DNA of 64,000 nt from Verrucomicrobiia bacterium (lineage in GTDB: Bacteria; Verrucomicrobiota; Verrucomicrobiia; Limisphaerales; UBA1319), in contig OY760937.1 in the NCBI GenBank assembly GCA_963664225.1, positions 2,880,001-2,944,000 on the forward strand, written 5' to 3'. Position 1 is the first letter of the stretch. Each line of letters starts with the position of its first letter. The notes beneath the pieces are model-generated. The model did no database searches and was not told the DNA's origin. It worked only from the letters and a program-made list of their open reading frames with translations. This document shows, one piece after another, positions 1-8,783 of the stretch. The translations under genes were made by a program, and so were the position numbers.

Positions 1-1139
1 TTCGCGGTTACTGAGTTGCCGACCTTCACGCGGAATTTCGCGCCGCTGTCGGCAAGTGTTACCGCGGCAATCGTGTACGTTTCATTGGTTGCACCGATAA
101 TATCCACACCATCCCTTTGCCATTGATAGGTGAAAGGCGCAGCGCCATCGGCCTGCACGAGGAACGTCGCCGGCTGATTGGCGAAAACCTTGAGACTCGC
201 CGGCGATTTGGCAATTGTGGCCGGCACAGGCGGCAACGCCCCGTTGAGCTGGGCTTGTTGAACCTCCGCCAGTGTCAGGGAACGATCGTAGATTTTGAAT
301 TCATCCACGAGCCCGCGAAACACCCGACTGCCACCGTTGGGGCCCTGCTCATTGCGCGCGCCAACGACATCGCTGAAATTGCCGATGGTCAGCATGCCGG
401 TGTTTTCGATGAGACCGCCGTTAGCAAGGCCTCCCTTGTAGTTATTCACGGTGTCAATCGAAGCCAGTTTGGTGGGACTGCCAAAGAAATACTTCATGTT
501 TCCAGAGTCCAGCGCGGAATCGTAAGTGGCCGCAAAGAACACCCAGTTGCCGGGCCCCGCCTGGGGATCCGCCTTCAGCACGCCAACGGAGCTGGAAGGC
601 CCGCCGCTGCCGCCATCAGGCCATTGATTGATGCCGATGCGCAAGGCGCCATTGCCGAGCTGTACCAGGTCGAAGCCCGCACCGCCGGGACCGTCCAACG
701 CAAATGCAATGCGATTGCCACCCCAGCCTTCGTTGAGATTGCGGGCGTTCAGCCAGCCGCAGATGGTAAGGGCATTAAACGTGCCCAACGTGCCCAACGG
801 GTCGGTGGTTAAATCCACAGAGCGGCCGCCCTGGCCTGCAACGATGTCGCCAAAGTCCACCGAGGAGCTGTTGTTCGCAGGGGCAAAGGGACCGCTGGGA
901 ACGAGATTGGTGAAGGTTGGAAACGCATCGGGTTGGGCCAGGGTGGCGGACCCGGCCAGCGAACCGCCATTCACAGTGATTGCCCCGTTGACTTCCGAGA
1001 AGCGCATCTCGACGACCGGAGTTGGCAATGCCGCGTTAAGAAGAGTGCTGCATAGCGAGAGGGCGGCCAGAGAAAAGGTCGCCCAGGCAGGCCTGCGACT
1101 TCTCGCATACTCACCCTGAGACTTTGTGGTTGAATGCAT
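1..1139 (-). CDS. Large secreted protein, N-terminal part (LamG/concanavalin-like domain then Ig-like domain); runs off the window edge
   Basis: Not in the ORF track because it is open at position 1. Manual translation from ATG 1139 gives MHSTTKSQGEYARSRRPAWATFSLAALSLCSTLLNAALPTPVVEMRF...LTICGWLN..., a signal-peptide-like start. Near the edge it reads APFTYQWQRDGVDIIGATNETYTIAAVTLADSGAKFRVKVGN, an Ig I-set-like pattern. Confidence 0.8.
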   Translation of the reverse strand, partial: MHSTTKSQGEYARSRRPAWATFSLAALSLCSTLLNAALPTPVVEMRFSEVNGAITVNGGSLAGSATLAQPDAFPTFTNLVPSGPFAPANNSSSVDFGDIVAGQGGRSVDLTTDPLGTLGTFNALTICGWLNARNLNEGWGGNRIAFALDGPGGAGFDLVQLGNGALRIGINQWPDGGSGGPSSSVGVLKADPQAGPGNWVFFAATYDSALDSGNMKYFFGSPTKLASIDTVNNYKGGLANGGLIENTGMLTIGNFSDVVGARNEQGPNGGSRVFRGLVDEFKIYDRSLTLAEVQQAQLNGALPPVPATIAKSPASLKVFANQPATFLVQADGAAPFTYQWQRDGVDIIGATNETYTIAAVTLADSGAKFRVKVGNSVTA

Positions 1140-1291
1140 GGTTGTTTCCTTTGTTTCCTTTGGTTTTTGAAATCTTCGTTGGATTGACGCCTTCGGCGTC
1201 CCACCAACAAAGGCGGTTGATTTTGCTTTTTGATTCAGGTTGAAATGATTTTGCATCTGGCTTCGCGGCGGCGGCGGTCGAAAGGCATCCG

Positions 1292-2203
1292 TTATTTTGG
1301 CGGCGCAATGTGATTGGTCATCCATTGAAAATCCCCCAATTCGCTGGTGCCGATGAACGGCAAATCCGGATAGGGACGCAAGGTGGCGCCATCCGCCCCT
1401 TTGACTACTTTGGTTAAACCTGAAGTGCGCCACTTGCGAATCTCGGAATGTCCATCGGCAAATACGAAGCCACCGGCATTGCCGTGACGGCCGGAAGGCG
1501 CGTCCAGCCATTTGTTCTTGCTGAATTGACGCATGTTATCGAATGGAAAATAATGGGCGTCATTGATGCTGTTTTCGTGCTCATCCAGCAGCACAAAGAA
1601 CTGCGTGGGCCCCGGGCTGGTCATTTGCGACATCCTCATCACATTCCGATATTGAGATGCACCAGTGACATAACCGCTCGGGGGGCCAAAAAAGGCGTTG
1701 GCGGCGAAGCTGATGACTCTCGCGCGCAATTGGTTTTGATATCGCAACTGGCTGCGATCGGCTGCGCAGCGAAATGTCTGTGGGTTCTTCACGTACCGGA
1801 AGGTCGGGCTGTTTAGTAAAATGCGATTGGTAATCCCGTCCGGCACCTGGTCATACATGCCATCGCACCAGCCCGGGACACCCGTTTCGCTGAGCGGTCC
1901 CAGCGCGGCGTCGTTGTTATCCAGGCCATACAGTTGCCAGGCGAGCCCGAGCTGCTTTATGTTGTTCATGCAGTGCACACCCGTCGCTTTCATCTTGGCT
2001 TTGGAAAGCGCCGGCAACAACATGCCCGCCAGAATGGCGATGATGGCGATGACCACGAGCAATTCGATCAGCGTGAATCCCATCCGCCATGAGGATCGAA
2101 GGGAGCGAGGGGGGAGGTCGACACAATGACATGTAATAGGCTTAAATCGTTCGGAAAGTCTTTTTTCTGAAGAAAATGCCAATTCAGAGGATCGAATATT
2201 CAT
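1292..2203 (-). CDS. Prepilin-type N-terminal cleavage/methylation protein with H-X9-DG motif (DUF1559-like)
   Basis: [29 protein letters not shown]...[11 protein letters not shown] and C-terminal [14 protein letters not shown]. True start may be downstream of 2203. Confidence 0.92.
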   Translation of the reverse strand: MNIRSSELAFSSEKRLSERFKPITCHCVDLPPRSLRSSWRMGFTLIELLVVIAIIAILAGMLLPALSKAKMKATGVHCMNNIKQLGLAWQLYGLDNNDAALGPLSETGVPGWCDGMYDQVPDGITNRILLNSPTFRYVKNPQTFRCAADRSQLRYQNQLRARVISFAANAFFGPPSGYVTGASQYRNVMRMSQMTSPGPTQFFVLLDEHENSINDAHYFPFDNMRQFSKNKWLDAPSGRHGNAGGFVFADGHSEIRKWRTSGLTKVVKGADGATLRPYPDLPFIGTSELGDFQWMTNHIAPPK

Positions 2204-2443
2204 GATGGATATGAATGGGTATTATCGTCTTGCGCCATAGGTGGGATGCTCTTTATCTCCTCATCCGCAACCCAAGCCCGGACAGCCTTCAAACAAACTG
2301 CGGCAACGTTAATCGGCCAGGCGGCGGGGAACCCTGCCACGAACTCAAACGAATTTGACGTCACTTTGTGTTGCGTCGGAAATCGGCTCATAAACGGTTG
2401 CGGCTTTATTCTCTAAGGATGACATTTGCGAATGTCTGGTGCT

Positions 2444-2472
2444 AGAATAGGACGATCAAAGAATAGGACGAT
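2444..2472. promoter_or_regulatory. Tandem 13-bp direct repeat AGAATAGGACGAT, candidate operator in a divergent promoter region
   Basis: Exact copies at 2444-2456 and 2460-2472, between the prepilin gene and the catabolic operon. Confidence 0.35.
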
Positions 2473-2632
2473 TTTTACCCGCCCTCACATTTGCCAACGG
2501 TTTCGCGGATGGGTCTCCCGTCTTTTACAATTGGATCAACCCATTTTTGCTTCAGGTGAATTTTGTCCAAAACAAAAATAATCGTCTCCTAGCCTTGAAA
2601 GCCAACTCCATTTAAGGTCAGTTGCACTGGAC

Positions 2633-3673
2633 ATGAGAGAATTGAGATTTGCCATTATAGGCACGGGGTTTTGGTCTCGCTATCAACTTGCGGCATGGAA
2701 GGAACTTCAGAGCGTTCGCTGTGTTGCCCTCTATAACCGCACACGCTCCAAGGCTGAAGCAATGGCTCGCGATTTCGATATTCCAGCGGTTTACGATGAC
2801 GTCGAAGCCCTGCTCTCGAAGGAACCACTTGATTTCATCGATATCATCACGGACGTCGGCACGCACCGGCGATTCGTAGAATTGGCTGCTGCTCACAAGG
2901 TCCCAGTAATTTGCCAGAAGCCGATGGCGCCATCCCTTGCGGACGCGCGCGCCATGAACACTGCCTGCCGTGAGGCTGGGGTGCCATTCTTTGTCCATGA
3001 AAACTGGCGATGGCAGACCCCCATTCGCGCCTTGAAAAACAGGCTCGACGATGGACTGATTGGGCGTGTATTCCGGGCGCGGATTCAATACTCGAACAGT
3101 TTTCCGGTGTTCGACAATCAACCGTTTCTCAAGGAACTGGAGCAGTTCATCCTCACCGACATTGGCACGCATATACTCGACACGACACGCATGCTTTTCG
3201 GCGAGGCCAGCACACTCTTCTGCCGCACCAGCCGGGTGCATCGGGACATTCGGGGCGAGGACGTCGCCACGGTCATGCTGGGAATGGATTCCGGCGCCAC
3301 AGTCAATTGCGAGATGAGCTACGCGAGTCGCGTCGAACATGACCGGTTTCCAGAAACCTACATTTTCGTTGAAGGCGAGCTGGGCTCCATTGAATTGGGC
3401 CCGGATTATTGGATTCGAGTCACCACGGCCGCCGGAACCCTCGCCCAACGTTGTCCACCGCCCCGTTTTCAATGGGCGGATCCACGTTATGATTTAAGCC
3501 AATCCAGCGGAGTGGCCTGTAACGCCAATTTGCTCGAGGCGCTGCTGCATGGTCATCCCGCGGAAACCACAGGCGGGGATAATTTGCGAACGCTCGAACT
3601 GGTTTTTGGAAGTTACGAGTCCGCACGCACAGGCCAGGTGGTGAAGTTGCCATTTGGAACAACCACGAATTAA
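2633..3673 (+). CDS. apsD: Gfo/Idh/MocA oxidoreductase, probable D-apiose dehydrogenase
   Basis: Rossmann IIGTGFW; ICQKPMA; HENWRWQTP; QPFL...FILTDIGTHILD, resembling ApsD as I recall it. Adjacent to apnO/oiaC/apnL-like genes. Confidence 0.75.
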   Translation: MRELRFAIIGTGFWSRYQLAAWKELQSVRCVALYNRTRSKAEAMARDFDIPAVYDDVEALLSKEPLDFIDIITDVGTHRRFVELAAAHKVPVICQKPMAPSLADARAMNTACREAGVPFFVHENWRWQTPIRALKNRLDDGLIGRVFRARIQYSNSFPVFDNQPFLKELEQFILTDIGTHILDTTRMLFGEASTLFCRTSRVHRDIRGEDVATVMLGMDSGATVNCEMSYASRVEHDRFPETYIFVEGELGSIELGPDYWIRVTTAAGTLAQRCPPPRFQWADPRYDLSQSSGVACNANLLEALLHGHPAETTGGDNLRTLELVFGSYESARTGQVVKLPFGTTTN

Positions 3674-3762
3674 TAAATGCATTTGCGTTTGCCATTCCAT
3701 CACAATCACTTTCGTAATACTGCAAAAAACGGTAACCAACACCCTGGGCAGCCTCTAATCTT

Positions 3763-4623
3763 ATGACAACAATCGCTTTATTTGGAGCCGGTGGGAAAAT
3801 GGGATGTCGGATCATCGACCATCTTGCTTCCAATCCAGCCTTCAAACTTTTATGTGTCGAAGTCAGTGATTCCGGGCGGGCCAACCTGGCCCATCGGAAG
3901 TTGACGCCCATGGCTCAGGACGTTGCCCTCGGCGAGGCGGACGTTGTCATCCTGGCCCTTCCCGATCGCGTTCTGGGCAAAGTGGCGGCTGAAGTGGTTT
4001 CCAAAGTCAAATCCGGCGCCATGGTGATCACGCTCGATCCTGCCGCCGCACATGCCGGTGAATTGCCTGTCCGCGCCGATATCACTTATTTCGTGACACA
4101 TCCCTGCCATCCTTCTGTCTTCGATTGCGAGGATGATCCTGCGGCCCGGGCCGACTTCTTTGGAGGAACCAACGCCAGGCATCCCATCGTTTGCGCTCTG
4201 ATGCAGGGTCCGGAGGGCGACTACGCCAAAGGGGAAACTCTTGCTAAACTATTTTTTGCGCCAGTTTCCAGAAGCCACCGTATTACGGTCGAACAAATGG
4301 CCATCCTCGAACCTGCAATGGCTGAAACCACGGCGGCCGCGCTCATTCTGGTCATACGCGAGGCCATGGATGAAGCCATTCGCCGCGGTGTTCCTCCAGA
4401 AGCGGCCCGGGATTTCATTTATGGCCACATCAAGGTTCCCCTGGGCATCGCCTTTGAAAAGGTCAACTTCACATTCTCTGACGGCGCAAAGCTGATCATG
4501 CAATACGGCCGGGATCGCATTCTGAGGCCTGATTGGAAAAAAGTCTTCGAACCGGAAAGCGTTAAAGAACAGGTCAAAGCCATTGTCTCAGGTCAACTGC
4601 CTCCCGCGCCGCATCAGGATTAA
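3763..4623 (+). CDS. apnO: Probable D-apionate oxidoisomerase (PGDH_C domain)
   Basis: IALFGAGGKMG, LDPAAAHAGELP, YFVTHPCHP, DFFGG, IVCALMQGPE, QMAILEP, AARDFIYGH: hallmark motifs of this family. Confidence 0.85.
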   Translation: MTTIALFGAGGKMGCRIIDHLASNPAFKLLCVEVSDSGRANLAHRKLTPMAQDVALGEADVVILALPDRVLGKVAAEVVSKVKSGAMVITLDPAAAHAGELPVRADITYFVTHPCHPSVFDCEDDPAARADFFGGTNARHPIVCALMQGPEGDYAKGETLAKLFFAPVSRSHRITVEQMAILEPAMAETTAAALILVIREAMDEAIRRGVPPEAARDFIYGHIKVPLGIAFEKVNFTFSDGAKLIMQYGRDRILRPDWKKVFEPESVKEQVKAIVSGQLPPAPHQD

Positions 4624-4626
4624 TTC

Positions 4627-5439
4627 ATGCAACTGGGCATAGGCTCTTATACTTACACTTGGGCCGTTGGCGTGCCAGGTCATCCACCGGCGCATCCGAT
4701 GACCGCGCTGGAATTACTCGATGAGGCTCATAAGCTCGATGTGCGCGTCGTCCAGATTTGCGACAACCTGCCGCTGGCCAATTTGAATGAAGCCGATATT
4801 GCGGCATTTGAACAAAAGGCGCGTCAATTGGGAATTGCCATCGAACTCGGCACGCACGGGTTGGAATCCTGCAACCTATTGACCCACCTGAGGCTGGCTC
4901 AGCGTTTTGGCTGCTCGTTCCTCCGTCTCGTCATCGATGCCAACGGGGATGAACCCTCGCCAGAACAGGCTGTGGAAAGGTTGAAGGAATTCATGCCGGA
5001 ATTTCAGCGCGCCAAGGTCAGGCTGGCCATCGAAAACCATGACCGGTTCACCGCGGCCACACTCGTTCGCATGATCGAGCAGCTTGGGCCCGATCGCGCC
5101 GGCATCTGTCTGGATACGGCCAATTCACTGGGCGCGTTGGAAGGCCCGCGTATCGTGGTCGAAACGCTCGCGCCCTACACCTTGAATTTGCACATCAAGG
5201 ACATCACCATCCGTCGTGTGCCCTCCAAAATGGGCTTTATCGTCGATGGCTGTGCGGCTGGCAGGGGGCACCTCGATGTGCCATGGATCCTTGAATGCCT
5301 GCGCGCGCATGGCCGGAATCCCAACGCAATCGTCGAATTATGGACTCCTTACGGGCCTGCGCTCGATGAGACCATTGCCCGGGAACGGTCCTGGGCTGAA
5401 GAAAGCGTCCGCAATTTGCGCGCATTGATGCCGGCCTGA
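4627..5439 (+). CDS. oiaC: Xylose-isomerase-like TIM barrel, probable 3-oxo-isoapionate decarboxylase
   Basis: GIGSYTYTW, VQICD, IELGT, LAIENHD, ICLDTAN, LHIKD metal motifs; 3 nt downstream of the apnO-like gene. Confidence 0.7.
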   Translation: MQLGIGSYTYTWAVGVPGHPPAHPMTALELLDEAHKLDVRVVQICDNLPLANLNEADIAAFEQKARQLGIAIELGTHGLESCNLLTHLRLAQRFGCSFLRLVIDANGDEPSPEQAVERLKEFMPEFQRAKVRLAIENHDRFTAATLVRMIEQLGPDRAGICLDTANSLGALEGPRIVVETLAPYTLNLHIKDITIRRVPSKMGFIVDGCAAGRGHLDVPWILECLRAHGRNPNAIVELWTPYGPALDETIARERSWAEESVRNLRALMPA

Positions 5440-5505
5440 GCCTTCAGGCCAAAACCATTGGATGAGACTGGTTTTTCGCATCTATAAAACTCATGGTGGC
5501 GGGCC

Positions 5506-7485
5506 ATGCAGTCGGCGATTATGAAACCAATTCAAATGAATTCCATAACTCCACCAACGTCCGTCACGTTGCACGCCGGACCGCTTGTCCTATTGTTCGA
5601 GCCGGACACAACTTTCCTGCGCCGCATCAGCCTCAACGGTGTGGAGATCCTTCGCTGCATTTATGGTGCGGTGCGGGATCGCAATTGGGGAACCGTCCCG
5701 CCACAAATCCATGATTTGAGTGTGCTTCCGGAAAAGGATTCCTTCCAACTTCATTTCGGTGCGGCCTGCAAGGAAGGTCCGATTGAATTCGTTTGGAAGG
5801 CAAGTATTCATGGGGCCTCGGATGGCACCATCCAGTTCGATTTCGAGGGTGAGGCCCTCACCGCTTTTTTGCGCAATCGCATTGGCCTCTGCGTCCTTCA
5901 TCCCTTGACGGGTTGCGCAGGGGAGCCCTGCCTGGTGGAACATATGGATGGTTCCGTCGAATGCGGCCAATTTCCGAAACACATTTCGCCTCACCAGCCT
6001 TTCGAGCAAATCCGTGCCATCACCCATGCGGTGGTCCCAGGTCTCAAGGCCGAAGTGCGTTTTGAAGGCGAGATCTTCGAAATGGAAGATCAGCGGAATT
6101 GGACCGACGCATCGTTTAAAACCTATTGCACGCCGCTGTCCAAACCTTTCCCGGTGCTCATCGAAAAAGGAACGCGCATCCATCAATCGGTCACCTTGCG
6201 CCTGATTGGCAATCCGACAACCGTGGCCGCCCCCGCACCAAAACCATGGATCGATGTCGATGTTCCCACGGCGCCCGATCGCGATTTGCCGCCCGTTGGC
6301 CTGTGCCTTTCAAGCCCGGCACGCCGGATTTCCTCCATAATGATGGAGCGCCTGCGTGCGCTTTCCCTGTCGCATTTGCGGGTTGATTTGCACATGGGCC
6401 AGACGGACTGGAGGACGCATTTGCGATATGCGGCCGAAGTGCTCAGCGGACTCCCAACGTGCCGATTGCACCTGGCACTCTTTCTGACGGCCAGCTTCCA
6501 GACGGAATTGGAGCAACTCCGGGATGAATGTCTTCACTTTGATTCTGGCAACCTGCAATGGAGTGCCGCGGATACCGTTTCTTTATGGCTTGTCCATTGC
6601 GAGAGCGTTTCCAGAATCCCTGAACCAATGCTGAAGGCCGCCATGGTCATGCTGAAACTGGTTGCACCGAGAGCGCTTTGGGCCTCGGGCACCAACGCCC
6701 ATTTCGCCGAACTCAATCGAAATCGCCCCTATCCTGAGTTTCCCATGCTTCCTTGTTATTCCATGACTCCACAAGTTCACGCGAACGACGACCTTTCGCT
6801 CTTTGAAAATCTGGAAGCTCAACTGCACACTGTGGAATCGTTGGAAGAATTCTCGAGCCGCCCCGCGGTCATTTCCCCCATCACACTGCGGCCGCGCTTT
6901 AATGCAGTGGCTACGGGAACAGACATCGTTGCATTGGAGCCAAAACTGCCCGCCTCGGTGGATCCCCGCCAATTGACACTCCAGGGCGCCGCCTGGACCT
7001 TGGGAAGTCTCTCCAGGCTTTGTGTATCGAAGAAAGTCCATAGCCTGACCTACTATGCCACAGCAGGCTGGCACGGTGTCATGGAATACGATGAAGGTTC
7101 CCCATTCCCTGATCAGTTTCCCTCCTGTCCCGGAACTGTCTTCCCCCTTTATCATGTCTTTAAACAACTGGCTGGCAGCACCAGAACAACGCCAACCCAT
7201 GTCAGCGAACCGGACCATTTGGCGGCATTAACGCTCTTCGATCGCCAGGGGAATCGTTCAGTTCTACTGGCCAACCTGACCCTGGCTCCACTGGAAGTTC
7301 GCATCCGCTCCGCTTCACCTGCTTCAACGGTTCACTGGAAGTTTCTGGACGATGCCAATGCCCACCAAGCCGCGGTCAACCCTGAATCGTTTGCGGAGCA
7401 ACCGCACTCGTCAGCGCAAATGGTGGGCAATGCATGCAAACTGTTAATCCCCGCCTACGCATTCGCGCGGGTCACATTTGATTGA
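5506..7485 (+). CDS. apnL: Probable D-apionate lactonase
   Basis: GPL...VRDRNWGT, NRIGLCVLHP, ISPHQPF, FEMEDQRNWTDASFKTY, FAELNR, PQVHA, DPRQ motifs, recalled as typical of ApnL. Start could be 5521 or 5536. Confidence 0.8.
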   Translation: MQSAIMKPIQMNSITPPTSVTLHAGPLVLLFEPDTTFLRRISLNGVEILRCIYGAVRDRNWGTVPPQIHDLSVLPEKDSFQLHFGAACKEGPIEFVWKASIHGASDGTIQFDFEGEALTAFLRNRIGLCVLHPLTGCAGEPCLVEHMDGSVECGQFPKHISPHQPFEQIRAITHAVVPGLKAEVRFEGEIFEMEDQRNWTDASFKTYCTPLSKPFPVLIEKGTRIHQSVTLRLIGNPTTVAAPAPKPWIDVDVPTAPDRDLPPVGLCLSSPARRISSIMMERLRALSLSHLRVDLHMGQTDWRTHLRYAAEVLSGLPTCRLHLALFLTASFQTELEQLRDECLHFDSGNLQWSAADTVSLWLVHCESVSRIPEPMLKAAMVMLKLVAPRALWASGTNAHFAELNRNRPYPEFPMLPCYSMTPQVHANDDLSLFENLEAQLHTVESLEEFSSRPAVISPITLRPRFNAVATGTDIVALEPKLPASVDPRQLTLQGAAWTLGSLSRLCVSKKVHSLTYYATAGWHGVMEYDEGSPFPDQFPSCPGTVFPLYHVFKQLAGSTRTTPTHVSEPDHLAALTLFDRQGNRSVLLANLTLAPLEVRIRSASPASTVHWKFLDDANAHQAAVNPESFAEQPHSSAQMVGNACKLLIPAYAFARVTFD

Positions 7486-7589
7486 ATAACCAGTCAACCA
7501 GTCAACATATTGGGCCTGGATTTGGTTAAGCGCGCCTGAACCGCTTTTTACTTTCGCTTGTTTGTCGGGGCCGCTAAGATGAATCACAT

Positions 7590-8570
7590 GTGAAGCCGAT
7601 TACAACTGACATAGCCCTTAAAGATGGTTTTTCGAGCCTGCTCGAAATTTGTCGCAGGCTGAACTTCGAGCCGCACAATATCGCGCACCAACTCGATGCC
7701 CGTGGCCGTTATGAAGTCGAATTGGACCGGGAGTTTCCGTTTCTCATCAAGCTCTTTCATTATTCATCACGGCAGCACACACGCGGCGCCACATGGCATG
7801 AACGTCTCGAGTTGTTCATGCCTCTGGATGGGAATGCCAGGTTCCAGATGGGCGAAAAGGAAGTGCACCTCGAACAGGGAGACATCCTGGTGGTGGACAA
7901 CATGAAACTCCATCAAGTGGTGGACTTCCGAGGTTTCGACACCCGAGTCATAGTGATCAGCTTCATGGCGGAGTTTGTTTACAGCCTCGGATCGCCATCG
8001 CAAGATTATGGTTTTCTACTTCCATTTTACTCGCGCACAGGCAATCGCCCGCACGTCCTGCACCTCACCGACCCCGATGCCCCGTCCGTCTATCAAGCCA
8101 TTGCCAGGCTCCTGTCCATTTCCTTTGAAGAAAAGGACCGCCAGTTTTATCAAATTGGGTGCAAGGCATTCTTCCTGGAAATGCTCTACCACCTCGCGCG
8201 ACATTTCCGGGGATCTGAACTGCTTAAATGGGAATTTGTCCGCCAGCAGCAGCGTTCCTTGCGCCTCAAACCTCTCTTCGACCATATCAGCCGAAGTTTT
8301 TCAGACAAGCTGTCCGTGGCGGAAGCCGCTCGCATCGCCCGCATGAGTCCGCCCCAATTCATGAAGACCTTCAAAAAAGTCGCGGGCATGACCCTCATTT
8401 CCTATATCCATCACGTTCGGCTTTCCAGCGCGGTCAACCTCCTGACGGATACCGACCTGTCCATCGCGGAAATAGCTGCCCGCGTCGGTTTCACAGACCA
8501 AAGTTACTTCGATAAGCGCTTCAAAGCCTCCTTTGGCCGGTCCCCGAAACAATTCCGATCCTCGGAATAG
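7590..8570 (+). CDS. AraC-family transcriptional regulator (cupin plus HTH)
   Basis: WHERLEL cupin; C-terminal LSIAEIAARVGFTDQSYFDKRFKASFGRSPKQFR. Confidence 0.95.
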   Translation: MKPITTDIALKDGFSSLLEICRRLNFEPHNIAHQLDARGRYEVELDREFPFLIKLFHYSSRQHTRGATWHERLELFMPLDGNARFQMGEKEVHLEQGDILVVDNMKLHQVVDFRGFDTRVIVISFMAEFVYSLGSPSQDYGFLLPFYSRTGNRPHVLHLTDPDAPSVYQAIARLLSISFEEKDRQFYQIGCKAFFLEMLYHLARHFRGSELLKWEFVRQQQRSLRLKPLFDHISRSFSDKLSVAEAARIARMSPPQFMKTFKKVAGMTLISYIHHVRLSSAVNLLTDTDLSIAEIAARVGFTDQSYFDKRFKASFGRSPKQFRSSE

Positions 8571-8783
8571 CTGGGCACTAACCGGAGAATCCGCACCAAA
8601 ACGCGATCTTATTCACCATGCGGTCAGCACCGATCAACCCGCTGGCGCGAGCGTCCTCAAAAAGCGACCAATGGATTCGATCCATGCGGCACGATTCGAC
8701 AATTAGGATCGTAATTGATGCACTTTTGACGTAGTCAGGCGCATTCGCGATCCAAATTGCGCGTTTTCCGCTGCGTGCTCCGC

